NCBI RefSeq assembly: GCF_039654945.1 | Contig: NW_027361672.1 | Coordinates: 11,222,001-11,286,000 of the forward strand | Length of the DNA stretch: 64,000 bases | Reading direction: 5' to 3' | Source of the DNA: Dendrobates tinctorius | Lineage: Eukaryota | Shown: positions 23,817 through 36,230 of the stretch, piece after piece | Numbering within the stretch: the first letter of the stretch is position 1 | How the letters are laid out: the number at the start of each line of letters is the position of its first letter | The notes under the pieces: model-generated | The model's database searches: none | Told to the model about the DNA's origin: nothing | The model's input: the letters and a program-made list of their open reading frames with translations, nothing else | Position numbers and translations under genes: made by a program

Positions 23817-24124
23817 AATCTTTAAGTTTTGTGCCTGCAGATAATCTGTAAGATTGTTCTTTTTGAATTTTTCCCGCTTGTTTTCATAGACATTGTGACC
23901 ACAGGACTGTGTGTGGTCACTACTCTTGTAAATAGTTCACCATTTGCCCAGGAATGGACCATGGAAGTTGATGCTTGGACTTATCATCACAGGACTATTT
24001 TTGGAGCTTTTGTTTTTTGTAATTTTTTCCTTTTTCAAATCTTGCAACCTTCATATTGTTTATTTGTTTATTTATTCATATGTTTTTCATCAGCCCAGGA
24101 GTGCTGACTTGCACTAGGGGGGAA

Positions 24125-25145
24125 TGTGGCACCCCCCAGGAGTATGGCCACCACAGTGGCATTGCCTTCCTCCAGGGAGGGTAATGTCATGCTTGGAAGC
24201 AATGAAGGGTCTCTCTAACAGTTAATCATTTACATGCAACACGTTCCCACTCCAGGCCAGCAGAGGGAGCTCTGAGCCAGGATTGGGGGAGGAGCTCGCT
24301 CTGAGGGCCAGGAGGGGAAATAGGTAGTTAGTGTGAGGAGGGCAACGAGTGTAGATGTGTGGAGAGAAGCTGGAGGTTGAGCTGTGGACAGAGAGCTCCC
24401 TCCTTGTGATAGCGCATGATCTGGAGCCTGGTCTCCACGGTTGTATGGATACTGAAGGTCCTGCAACAGAAACCAGAGGAATAGGAAGCAGTAAATGCTC
24501 TATTCCCACCTAAGACTCGGAGGCACAACAGCGACTGGTGAGCCAAGAGAGATAGAGGGCTACAACTGTCTGCCATACGAGGTAGTTCTAAGAGAAGATA
24601 AGAAGGAGGAACTTCAGTGTAACACTGTACTGCATGTACCTCAAGCCAGCGCTAGGAGGACACTACACAACCCATCTGATAGAGAGATACCTGAGTTGCT
24701 TCCAGGCTAGCTGTCTCCTGTGCCATCTGTAATCAGGATCCTGGACTGCGTTTGCCAAGTAAAGGTAAAGAAACTGCACCCCTTTGTGTCCTTGCCTCCT
24801 TCCTGCAACATCCACAGCACTGCTACATCTCTGTGCCAAACACTGCACCTTCTTCCTAACCCTTTATCTACACTGCCCTGGGACTACAGCCCTGCCTGTG
24901 AAGGGCTACAACATCATAGCTGCACTACACCATCAGTCCCAGAGGATCTGCATGCAGCGTCGGCTTAACATCTCCCTTGCCGAACACCACAGGTGGCGTC
25001 ACGAATCACTTATAAACTTTATTCCCAACTGAACCCCTTTTACATGGGCGCCCAGGGCCACGGACCGGGTCACCGCTGCTGTGACATTCCCCTCTGAAGG
25101 ACCGGCCCGGTACCGAGTACCCCTCAGCCCTGGGAGGGCGACCCA
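24125..25145 (+). repeat. 3' LTR of Gypsy 1
   Basis: Direct repeat of 7407-8427, preceded by PPT. Confidence 0.95.
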
Positions 25146-25240
25146 CTGTCCAGAGGGACGGACTGGAAAAAGGGAATTAGACCTACCAGTAATTCGGTTT
25201 CCAGAGGTCCCTCAGAACAGCATCCTTATTTTCCCTCCCT
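25146..25240 (+). mobile_element. DIRS-type internal complementary region (ICR); left part at ~7380-7406, split by Gypsy 1
   Basis: Rejoined: GTGCTGTCCAGAGGGAC..CTGGAAA..GAATTA-gacctaccag-TAATTC..TTTCCAG..GTCCCTC..ACAGCA, a hairpin with the same layout as 32695-34730. Confidence 0.6.
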
Positions 25241-25249
25241 TATGTTTAT

Positions 25250-25576
25250 CTTTTGGCTTGCACAAGATCGATCTTTTTGCAGATTTTTTTTATACTTCAA
25301 CAGGGCAGAGAAGTACGCTGCGCAGGAGCACGATGCCGGTGAGCGATGAAGCAACAGGAGGGCGGCATCACAAGAAGATGGGAGGCGCCGGACCTGGACC
25401 TGCGACACCCATCGGACCAGACCACCCCTATCCCCCGAGTGAGGATAATAAAAGTTATTTTTCTTATCTTTCAGGTTGGACTGGGGGCTTATCTACAGCA
25501 TTGTAGAATGCTGTAGATAAGCCCTGAAAGGCAGTGGCCACATCTTATAGCGGCCAAAACAGGTGACAGGTTCCCT
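25250..25576. mobile_element. Kolobok/T2-type MITE remnant (one end)
   Basis: Ends GGTGACAGGTTCCCT|TTAA; hairpin GGCTTATCTACAGCATT..AATGCTGTAGATAAGCC. Confidence 0.55.
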
Positions 25577-26231
25577 TTAAAGTGACAACGGGTGGTGATT
25601 GATCTTTATGAATGTGACCATTTTAATAAGCCCCCTTGTTTTTTTTGTTTAAATCACTACGACAGACCAAAAAAAAGCTAGCTATAAGAAAAGGAACAGG
25701 GAATGTGTGCCATGTAAAACCCCCACTAGCAGTGGATTGGTAGCAAAATCTCTGTTCAGACTGCATCCACAAAACGAATAGTGAAGAGTGAGACCCAAGA
25801 TTTGCCGCAAGCCTTAGATCCGTTATCAGGGCTTAGGTGAAAGGTTCCTTAAAAACCCTATTAAAAAAAGGGAAGAAAAAATCTAGGGGAGTCTCATCTG
25901 ATTCTGACGTTTCTCTGTTATCAGAGGGAGGGTACCACAGTGAATCTTTATCCTCCTCCTCATCGGACAATGATATGGGGGACAGACCATGTTTACCGGT
26001 GGAGGATTAAGATAGGTTAGTTAAAGCTGTTAGGCTTAAAAGAGAAAATGGCTAGATCCCTAGAGGACGTGATGTCTGAGGGTTGGAGCAGAGAAAGAAA
26101 TGCACCTTACTGGTTAGTAATAATTCCAATAACAAGGAATGAAAAAAGCCTGTTAAAACCGGTGCCTTTCCATCATCTTCAAAAAGGAGATATCCTTTGG
26201 AGAAGAAGGTCACCCGCACTTTCCAAACTTA

Positions 26232-26415
26232 GGCCGGGGTCAGACTTGCGAGAAACTCGCACGTCAATACCTGGCACTGCCGCCGGCACTCGGGACCTGA
26301 GCGTTCAGCTGCATAGAAATTCATGCAGCTGAACGCTCTGATCTGAGTGCCGGCGGCAGTGCCGCGTATTGACGTTCGAGACTCGTGCAAGTTTCTCACA
26401 AGTCTGACCTTGGCC
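26232..26415. mobile_element. 184-bp palindromic Harbinger-type MITE in L2
   Basis: GGCCGGGGTCAGACTTG / CAAGTCTGACCTTGGCC; TTA TSD. Confidence 0.88.
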
Positions 26416-28237
26416 TTATAGAAATATACAGGCCGTTAACACCCAGAAACTTATGAAGAACTTGCAGTCATCATTGGCCCCTATCTCAACCCTCTCATGT
26501 CCTGACTCTGCACTGAAGCATTACAGTGAAACACTGCAAAGTGCCCTGTATGAAACCGCACTTCCTATACATAGAGCAGCTCGACACAGACTGCGACAAC
26601 CCTGGAACATGCTGCAAACACGTTTCCTACAGCGGTGCTCCAGGTGCTCCGAGTGTCTGTGGAGAAAATCCAATCTACCTGAAGATTTCATCCATTATAA
26701 GTTTATGCTTAAAACACACAACACTGCCTTTCACCTCTCCAAACAAACCTATTTCAACACCCTCATCACCTCACTATCCAATAACCCTAAACGTCTCTTT
26801 GACTCTTTTCATTCACTACTCAACCCAAGAGTGCAGGCCCTAACGACGGATCTCCGCGCTGATGATCTGGCCAATTACTTCAAAGAAAAAATGAGCCTTA
26901 TCCAATGGGAAATTTTCTCCCTATCCCCCAATACCATGCACTGTTCTCCCTCCCCCCCACTGCATCGAGCTCACTCTCTGATTTTGAACAGAAGAAGAAG
27001 TGATCAGGTTCCTTGCATCTTCTTGCCCTACTACTTGCACCTGTGACCCTATTCCGTCACATCTCGTCCCAGTCCTTTTCCCCTGCTATCACCACTCACC
27101 TAACAAAAATATTCAACCTCTCTCTCTCTTCCGGTATCTTTCCCTCCTCATTTAAGCATGCCATCATACATTCATTACATAAAAAACCATCCCTCGACCA
27201 AAACTGTGCTGCTAACTATAGACCTGTCTCTAATCTTCCCTTCTCTAAATTCCCCGACCGCCTGGTCCACTCACGTCTTATCCGTTATCTCTCACGTAAC
27301 TTTCTTCTCGACATTCTTCAATCCGGTTTCTGCTCTTTACACTCTACTGAAACTGCACTCACTAAAGTCTCATGATTTACTAACAGCTAAATCTAATGGT
27401 CCCTACTCTATGCTAATTCTCTTGGATGTCTCTACAGCATTTGTGGCGCCCCTGAGGGTTCAGTCACCACAGAGATACTGCACCTCCTCCTGAAATGTGG
27501 TACCCCACCATCCAGGTAAGGTGGAGACACCTGACCACACTCCAACACCTGCATCCCACACAACATAGTAGTGTAGCAAAGCACCTTTGGTGGCTCCCTG
27601 CTTGGAACACGAAGAGTGCTTGGAGGTGGGTGGAGCTTAGTCTGCACAAGAGAGCGGGAGATTATTAGGACTAGGTCAGTCTGTGAGAAGAGATCCCTTG
27701 AGTGGGATGGATGGAAAGAGGTGCTGCAGCAGTCTCCTGTGACCTGGAGCTGCTGGCACGGGAAAGAGATATAGAAAGCCTGATTCTCCATAAGAAAGAT
27801 TGATTTGTACGGAACATGAGGAGAAGAAGAGAACTAAGGACTAGGGTCAGAGTGGAACCCTTCCTCAAGTTCTAAGCGCATGGCCGAGGTCCGGTCCCCA
27901 AGGTTGTATGGCTACTAATGGTCCTGCAGCAGACACCGGAGGAATAGAAGTTGTCACCACTTTATTCCCACACAAGATTAGGGGGCACAAAAGCAACGTG
28001 AGTGAGCCGGGACTTGGTAGCAAGGAGTCCCCGAAGCAGGCTACAGCTGTATGCCGTACAAGTAGAGTTCAAAGGAACATCTTAAAGGAGGAACTTGGGT
28101 TTAACACACAACCACAAGTACTTCATTACAAGCGCTAGAAAGGAGACGTTCAGGAAAGGCATATGTTGGCGGAGTGTTGGAACGGAGTACTTAATCTTGC
28201 CTGGAGGTTGACTGAGCCCCTGACCTGGAGGACACAG

Positions 28238-30371
28238 CAGAGGCGTATCTAGGCTTCCTGGCGCCCGGGGCAGAATTTGGTTCGGCGCCCCCACCCCCCC
28301 CCAAGTACATATGCGACTTGCACACTTAGCCATGTACCCACGAGCTGCTCTCCCTAATGCTCTCAATGTTCAGTAAAAAACTGAAAGCAGGAAGAGAAGC
28401 TCATTGTAAAGTATGAAAATCGCATATGAGTGAAGTGTCCGTGTGACGACTACTGGAACCTGCAGAGCTGAATCCTGACATTGCAGCTTCTGAATTCTCA
28501 CAACGAATGCACTGCACACATTTAGGATTCTCCTTTGCCGATGTACAGTCATGTCAGCACAAGTATGTGATTTATATACTTCTGGCCACACTCCGACTAG
28601 ACGTGCCCGGCCTCGCTCCGTTCATTTTCATTGAGTGAGGCCACACATGTCTAGTCAGCATGTGACCGCATGTATGTAAATTACCAGCATGAGAGAATCA
28701 TAACAGCGTTCAGTGCGCACTGTGAGAATTCAGAAGTCTACAGTCACATAGAATGACTGCAGACTCCGTACAAACCTGGAGAACCCCTTTAATGTTCCTA
28801 ACAAATAAAAACATGAGAATAAGTCAGTTGCACAAATAACATTTACATCCAGGTACCTTATAGATGACGTCGTCTCTGGAGTCGTTCTCCTTTTCTTCTT
28901 CTTGTCCAAACCCCATGATGAGTTTTCTCATCCACAGCCGTCTCTGCAGACTTCCATCTTCTCCGGTCTTCTGCAGCAAATCTCCACACGATGCCCTTAA
29001 ACACAGAAGTGTCATTATAATGCTCCTAAATACAAATATCTGCAATATACTGTGGCCTCACACTATTCCCCTCCCTCCTCTAACATCCCTCTGTTCACCA
29101 TACTGTCTCATCATATATTTACCCCCTCACTCTCTATATTGTCTGCTCACACATACCCCCGACTCCCCATACTGTGTCCACATACATTAACCCGTTCTCT
29201 CCCCATACTATTCGCACCCAACCCGCATACTGTTTCCTCATACATACTCTGTGTCCTGAAATCTCCCCACACACATTAAATCCCCCCCATCCCCACTCCA
29301 AATCCCTCACACACATTAAGTAACCCCCATCCCCACTCCTAAATCCCCCCACACATTATGTACCCCCACTCCAAATCCCCCACACATTAACCCCCATCCC
29401 CACTCCAAATCCCCCACACATTAAATAACCCCCATCCTCACTCCCAAATCCCCCACACACATTATGTACCCCCCACTCCAAATCCCCCACATATTAACCC
29501 CATCCCTACTCATTAACCCCCCCAAACAATAACCCCCATCCCCACTCATTAATTCCATCCCCACTCATTAACCCCCCCATCCATACCCCCAAATCCCCAA
29601 CACATTATGTACCCCCCACTCCAAATCCCCCACACATTAACCCCCATCCCAACTCATTAACCCCCCAGACATTAATTCCATCCCCACTCATTAACCCTCC
29701 ACAAATTAATTCCATCCCCACTCAATAACCCCCATCCCCACTCATTAACCCCCCACTCAATAACCCCTATCCCCACTCATTAACCCCCCACACATTAACC
29801 CCCATCCCCACTCTTTAACCCCCCACACATTAACCCCATCCCCACTCTTTAACCCCCCCACACTGTAACCCCCATTCATTAACCCCATCCCCACATTAAC
29901 CTCATCTCCACTCATTAACCCCCCCACGCATTAACCCCATCCCCACTCATTAACCCCACTACACATTAACCCCATCGCCACACATTAACACCCCCCATCT
30001 TCGGTGGTTTCTTCAGCTCCACATTGGAGCACACTTACCACCAGCGCTGAGCGTTCACTGAGCACTCTGGGCGTCGGGGAGTGACGTCAGCAGCGTGATC
30101 ACTTGACATGTCACGCTGCTGACGTCGCTCTGGCCCGGCGGTCAGAGCTGCAATTGTACTGGCGTCTATACAGACGCCAGTACAATTGTTCCCTGGGAGC
30201 CGGCACGCGCACCTTCTCTGCGCCAGCTGTCAGCTTGACAGCTGACACAGAGAACCGCCGACTCTCAGGCTGGGGGGGCACTGCGGACCGCTGCATTGCG
30301 GCCTGGACTGCGCCACCTGCCGGCTGCGCCCGGGTCAACTGCCCCGGCTGCCCCCCCTAGATACGCCCCTG
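28238..30371. mobile_element. Non-autonomous hAT element inside the solo LTR
   Basis: TIR CAGAGGCGTATCTAGG / CCTAGATACGCCCCTG; perfect 8-bp TSD GGACACAG at 28230-28237 and 30372-30379. Confidence 0.92.
29270..29998. repeat. C-rich minisatellite (CATTAACCCC/ATCCCCACT motifs)
   Basis: Irregular tandem repeats, almost no G on the plus strand. Confidence 0.9.
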
Positions 30372-32707
30372 GGACACAGCACCGAGGTGGGCACCTGTAT
30401 GCACAACAGACTGAGTAAAGCTTTGAAACTACATGCCCTGGTGTCCTCCGCTTATTTCTGCGTCAACCCTCTCAGCACTGCTACATCTCTGTGCTTAACT
30501 CTGCACCATTACGCTCTCCTCACTATTTCTCCATCTACACTGCCCTGGGACTACAGCCCTACCTGTGGAGGGCCACAACATCATTGCTGCACCACACCAT
30601 CTGTCCCAGAGGATCTGTCTGCAGTGTCGGCTTAACATCTTCATTACCAAACACCACAGGTGACGTCACGTATCATCCACTTATAAACTTTAATCAGCCA
30701 CACTTACACCATTCCTTTTACATGGACGCCCAGGGCCACGGACAGGGCCACTGCCACTGTGACAACTCCCATTGAAACCCAAGGGCCCAGTACCAAGTAC
30801 CCCACGGCCCTGGCGACCCACATTCGACAATGTGGATCATCAGCATCTCCTCACTATGCTCCGCTCCATTGGCCTCAAGGACACCATTCTCTCCTGGTTC
30901 TCTTATCTCTCTGACCGCTCCATCACTGTATCTTTTGCTGGTTCCTCCTCCTCTTATCTTTGCCTTACTGTTGGGTTTTCTTAAGGATCAGTCCTAGGCC
31001 CCCCCTCTTCTCTTTGTATACTCCCCCTATTGGACAATCAGTAGATTTGGTTTCCAGTACCATCTCTATGCTGATGACACCCAATTATACACCTCCTCTA
31101 CTGACATCACGTCTGCCTTTTTAGAAAATACCAATGATTGTCTTACCACTGTCTTCAACATCATGTCCTTCCTCTATCTGAAACTCAACCTGTCTAAAAC
31201 TGAACTCCTTGTGCTTCCTTCCTCTACTAACCTACCTATGCCTGACATTGCCATTTCCGTGTGTGGTTCTACCATTACTCCCCAGCAACATGCCCGCTGT
31301 CTTGGGGTCATACTTGATACAGAGCTTGCATTCACCCCCCACATCTGATCACTGGCTCGTTCTTGTTATCTGCACCTCAAAAACATTTCTAGAATTCAAC
31401 CTTTTGATACTTTCGACTCTGCAAAAACTCTTACTGTTTCTCTTATTGATTCTCGTCTGGACTATTGTAACTCTCTGCTAATTGGTCTCCCTCTTACCAA
31501 ACTCTCCCCTCTCCAATCTGTCTTGAATGCTGCAGCCAGGATCATATTCCTTACCAGCCATTACACCGATGCCACTACCTTGTGCCAGTCATTACACTGG
31601 TTACCCATCCACTCCAGAGTTCAGTATAAACTTATTATCCTCACCCACAAAGCTCTCCATGGCTCAGCACCACCCTACATCTCCTTCCTCGTCTCAGTCT
31701 ACCACACTACCCGTTCCCTCCTTTCTGCTAATGACCTGAGATTAACATCCTCAGTAATCAGAACCTCCCACTCTGGTCCCCAAGACTTTTCACGTGCTGT
31801 GACAATTTTTTAGAATGCACTACCCAGGTTAGTTCGATTAATCCCTAATACCCAGTTTTAGGCGTGCCCTAAAAACGCATTTCTTCAGACTGGCCTACCG
31901 AATCAACACAATAATCTAACGTTCACTATGTTGCCCATTCAAAATGTTTACCATAACCAGGTTCCTTGTATCATGTTCTCATATGCCTTATGCATTTAAT
32001 AGCCATCTGTGTCTGTACTGTTACACTAAAATGTAAAGTGCTACGGAATATGTTGGCGCTATAGAAATAAAATTATTATTATTAAGGACTCAGAGACATA
32101 GGTTACGGTCCCTAAGATTGATGTAGCTGTGTCAAAGTCCTCAAAGAGGTCGACCCTACTTAGAAATCCGTTAGATAAAAAAGCAGATGGATATCTAAAG
32201 TACACGTGAGAAGCGACAGCAGGGGGTCTGAAGCTGATGATTGCCGGAAACTGCACCGCCCGTTCACTTATAATTTGGCTGCAAAAAGTGGAGGAACCAC
32301 TCAGCGATGAAACCCCATGGAATAAGATTTTGGCCAACCTACCTTTGTTACAGGGAGCTGCAGCATTTTTGGCAAACACATCTGCAGACTGTGAGGCTAG
32401 TAGATAGGTCTGCTGGTTTGTCGAATGCAACAAGACTAGCTTAATGGCTCAAAGGTTATCCGGGAGATCTTAAATCTAAAAATAAACTATGCTCAATACC
32501 GTGTCATGGCCAAATTTTGTTAGGGGAAGAAATTGGACGACATCTTAGAAAAGGCTGGTGAGAAAAAGGGCTTCCCAGGTTCACAAATGATACAAGGAAG
32601 ACTTCCTTTCAGAGGAAAAAATATAATAGGGGACGTCCTCCAGGGAAAAGAAGGAAATGGTCCCACCCTAAGATGTTTCAATTCTCCATAAATCTCTCAG
32701 GTGTGCT

Positions 32708-33608
32708 TGTAATAACGTGCAGGAGGAATATATGTCTTACGGAGCAGGCAGACCAACAGTAAAAGGGGAGGTTTATTTACAGGGAGTAATACTGGTAAAC
32801 ATACAATATAACAGAGAAAGTACTGTAAAAGGTTATATCAGAAACTGGAGAAATAACAGAGGTGCAAAACAACAGAAAGTTATTCTCTTATGGGGAAGAA
32901 ACTTATCAGTTCCTGGAGGTCTTGATTGCAGAGATCACTCTTCTCCCACGTAGGCACCGAGGCACAAGCGGTGCTTGATGTCCTCTGTCTCTGGGGTCCT
33001 AGGTATAGTCCAACTGGTGTATAGGGTGTTAACGTGGGAGCCCAAGGGGTATGCGGATGGCGTTATCCCCCTGTACTCAAGGTCCTTCCCTCTGCTGAGG
33101 CAGCGGCGTTCTCTCACCAGGGTCAGGGGCTCTGCCAGGGACAGTCTCTCTTGGCAGGTCAGTGTCATGTTACGGTACGTCCCTTGGTCACAGGGAAGTG
33201 TCTCAGGGCAAGGCAGGTTCTCACTGCAGGGGAGCGTCTTGTCAAGGCACGTGGTCTGTCGGTGTGAAAAAGTCTCTACCAGGAGGGGAGCGACCAGCCC
33301 TCCAAGCGGTGCAGTGACAGGCTTTTCGTACTCAGTCTCGTGCTCAGTGCTCATTGCCTGTGTCTGCGGTCCCTCAGTGTTACCCTTCTCCTCTCCTCTC
33401 CTGTGTCAGCGTCCTCTCTGCTCCCGTCCCTGCGCTGATCTGCTGAAACCGCGCCCAATTCTCCCGCTCCCAGTCCTGCCCTCTTCCTGGTTCTAGTACA
33501 GTTCCCTAAAGCATCCCCCGGGGAACCTAATGCCCTGCTCGATGGTTCCAGTCAAGGAGCTAGGAATGCAAGCCCCCCTCGGCTCCTTCGGTGCTTCACC
33601 CCCTTACA
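32708..33608 (-). mobile_element. Solo LTR A (901 bp, family not otherwise seen in this window)
   Basis: TGTAA...TTACA termini; TGCT TSD at 32704-32707 and 33609-33612; minus-strand AATAAA ~32775. Confidence 0.8.
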
Positions 33609-33614
33609 TGCTGT

Positions 33615-34644
33615 TGTAGTGCTAGGAGGTACGCAGGATGCAGTGTCGAGTCACAAGACAACTCTGGTGCTTTTTATAATAACGTTTATGAGACTTGAGG
33701 GGACTTTCCTCAGTCACGGCCTGATCACCGAAACAGGGGTAACACAGGTGGCCCACGCAGGAGCTCTAAACTAGCAAACACAGTTGTGTGGAACACGACT
33801 ACTCCCGGCAACAGCCGGTCACTATAGGGCCGCGGTATGGCCGACTACGGGTCCTTAAGTCTAGAGTCTATTTAGCCGTCCAGACGTCCCTCGCCATTTG
33901 GGCTGGTGGTCTTTCGGCGGAGTAGTTGCTGGGCCCAGTTGCTGAGGCGTTGATGAAGTCTTTGCGCTCTCCGGCGCGTTGAGGACACTGGAGCCCCACA
34001 GGCCCCAGCGGAGTCCTTGGTCGGACGGGCCACAGCTCCCGGACCGGAGCAGGCGGCAGCGATGTATGGTGGCGAGTCACAGGCCACCTGCGCAGCTAAC
34101 GGCTGCGATGGGGAGTCCGCAATCAGCAGAGGCCTGGCCCATGCTGCGGACCAAAGCGGGACAGTGGTGGCCACAGACGGCGCGGTGCTGGCCGCGGCCA
34201 CTGGTGGGAGCAGGGCGGCCGCGGGTGGCAGGGAACAGGCTGCGGCTGCGGGCTCAGGAGAGGCGGCCGCGGGCAACCGCGGGTAGGCCACAGCCGAGGG
34301 CAGGGGGAGGCGACAGCGGCCACGAGCTGGAGCGGGGAAACAAGTCTCGGACGGGTCTCCGGAAACCGTCCCTCTGGAGTCTTCAGTGGGCGTCCTCCCT
34401 GGCGCTGGTGAGTCGCTCTAGCTGGCAGTCGCTCCCACGCTCTCCTGCTGTCTATGTCCCGGTCTGCTGACTCATCGTCTGGGGAATTCCCCGCCTCCTT
34501 TATACCGGTTCCTCCCCCAGCCCATCTGTCTGTCACAACGGTCCGTCCTCGAATCCTGTCCCCCGGGAACAGTTTCCCCTGGAGCCCAGATGACGGCACC
34601 TCTGGTTCCGGCCTAGACACTCGACGGGGGCCGTTCCTCCCACA
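33615..34644 (-). mobile_element. Solo LTR B (1030 bp), diverged relative of Gypsy 3 LTRs
   Basis: Reverse complement begins TGTGGGAGGAACGG like 58056; CTGT TSD at 33611-33614 and 34645-34648. Confidence 0.92.
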
Positions 34645-35543
34645 CTGTCATGGGTGAAGAGAAAACAAGGTCACTTACTGGTAGCCATTTTTTCCAGAAC
34701 GCATGAGAGCACTCATATATCCCCCCCACTTTCTCATCATATGGGTCTGCACAATATATTGAGTGCTTTTTTTTGTGATGTCGGTTATGTATATAATTTT
34801 TTTGGGGAGGTCCTCTCATGCTCTGTAATCCAACTGATGCGGGGGAGGTGTGCTGTCATGGGTTCTGGAAAAATCGGCTACAGGTAAGTAACCTTGGTGT
34901 TGTGTGAAATCAAGGTTTCACTGGCAAGCATGTTAATTATGGCAATATGTATAACATATAGGCTCAAATTCATCATTTGTAGTTTTTTTTAAATACTTTT
35001 CCTTATTATCTTGTGTTATTAGTTGCTGTTTTTTTCTCCAGAAATTCTTCAAAATGACACATGCCATTCATGAATTTAGGTCAAAATCAAATTTTTCTAA
35101 AAGTTTTTGGCACCAAAAGTCAAATGTTTATCAAAATGTTGCAAAAACTGACATACAGTACTGGTGTACTCGAATACATCAAGGGGGAGTAGAGTTGTAC
35201 CAAACCTTGACCTTTTTAAAGTCACAGTTGATCAATCTGGGATCGCTAAACTACATTCAGTTCATTTTGTGCCTTTGTCACTTTGGGCAAAGTACAAAAC
35301 AAACTGTCACAGTCAATTAATCCGTTCCTTGCACGTTTGTGGTAACATCCACATGGTGATGGCTGTGCATCTAAATCTCTGCTCGCCTGCAGTGGCTACA
35401 GAACTTTTTTTATTTTTTGGGATTGTCTTAGTGGGTTGAAAGTACACATCCAGTGCATTGAATGAAATTCTCTGAAACTACTGCTACCCAATTTTAATTT
35501 CCTCTCCTATAACTGAACTTTTTTTTATTATCTGTTGCCTTAA

Positions 35544-35840
35544 GGCTATGTGCACACATTGCGGATTCTGCTGCGTTTCCGGCCCTGCAGAAACGCAGCA
35601 GTTCCGCAGACATGGTACAGTACCATGTTATCCTATGGCATTTCAAAACCGCTGTGCTCACACTGCGTTTTTTTCCGCGTGGTTTTGCTGCGGTTTACAA
35701 ACCGCAGCATGTCAATTGTTTGTGCGGATTCCGCAGCGGTTTCACACCTTTAACATAGTAGAGGTGTGAAACCGCAGGTCACTACCTGCGGATCCGCGAG
35801 GAAAAACCCGCAGGTTAATCCGCAGCGTGTGCACATAGCC
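35544..35840. mobile_element. Harbinger-type MITE
   Basis: GGCTATGTGCACAC / GTGTGCACATAGCC; TAA/TTA flanks. Confidence 0.85.
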
Positions 35841-36230
35841 TTACTGTTTGTTCATGTCCCCTCTTTGTAAAGTGCTGCACAATATGTTGACACTAATTAA
35901 ATGATTAATTTTGATGCCCTCTATTCTTCAACAGTGGAGAAAAATGGCTGCTTTCCTGTTACTATGTACAGTTTATTAATAAAAATTTTATGAAGGTTCC
36001 TCGTTAAGGGGCAGTGCACCAAAGAAAGAATGGGGTTAATGCACCATAAAAAGACTCATGCCTAATTCCTATTACCTGGATGCAGCACTGGTGTACCATA
36101 GTCAACACTGCAATACTGCAGCCAATAACTGGACAATTATTTTATTTAGCCTTTTTTCATATGACATTAGGATGTTGAGTGTAATTTACGTTACACTCTG
36201 CTCTTGAGTAACATACTTTTGCATATTTAA

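Larger units (their letters stand above)
14845..23820 (-). mobile_element. Penelope-like terminal-repeat fragment (~650 bp net) inserted in the Gypsy 1 3' UTR and split by the hAT element
   Basis: Flanked by 12-bp direct repeat TTTAAGTTTTGT (14833-14844, 23821-23832); hammerhead motif at its minus-strand 5' end; AT-rich body with minus-strand AATAAA. Confidence 0.65.
7407..25145 (+). mobile_element. Full-length decayed Ty3/Gypsy LTR retrotransposon 1 with nested insertions
   Basis: Two 1021-bp TG..CA LTRs; CTGT TSD at 7403-7406 and 25146-25149; PBS, PPT (AGGGGGGAA before 24125); gag-PR-RT-RH-IN order. Confidence 0.95.
27442..30820 (+). mobile_element. Solo LTR related to Gypsy 1 LTRs (~1240 bp net), inserted in the L2 RT region
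   Basis: TGTGGCGCCC...GGCGACCCA; CATT TSD at 27438-27441 and 30821-30824; 3' half aligns with 8095-8427. Confidence 0.9.
26210..32083 (+). mobile_element. L2-clade LINE, 5'-truncated and decayed, inserted in DIRS remnant 2
   Basis: NYRPVSNLPF, QSGF..HSTETAL, LDVSTAF|DNVDH, YADDTQ, SRLDYCN, LHWLP; 3' end GTTGGCGCTATAGAAATAAA(ATT)n; AAGG at both flanks. Confidence 0.9.
25650..34901 (+). mobile_element. DIRS-type remnant 2 (ORF1 pieces ~25650-26209 and 32084-32670; ICR and right terminus 32695-34901), internally deleted and multiply interrupted
   Basis: CxxC..CxxC at ~25700. ORF1 rejoins as RRYPLEK|KDSET*VTVPKIDVAV and continues PLDKKADGYLK..CTARSLIIWL..ELDDILEKA, homologous to 1070-1720. Inverted repeats at 34663-34711 and 34850-34901. 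Confidence 0.7.
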
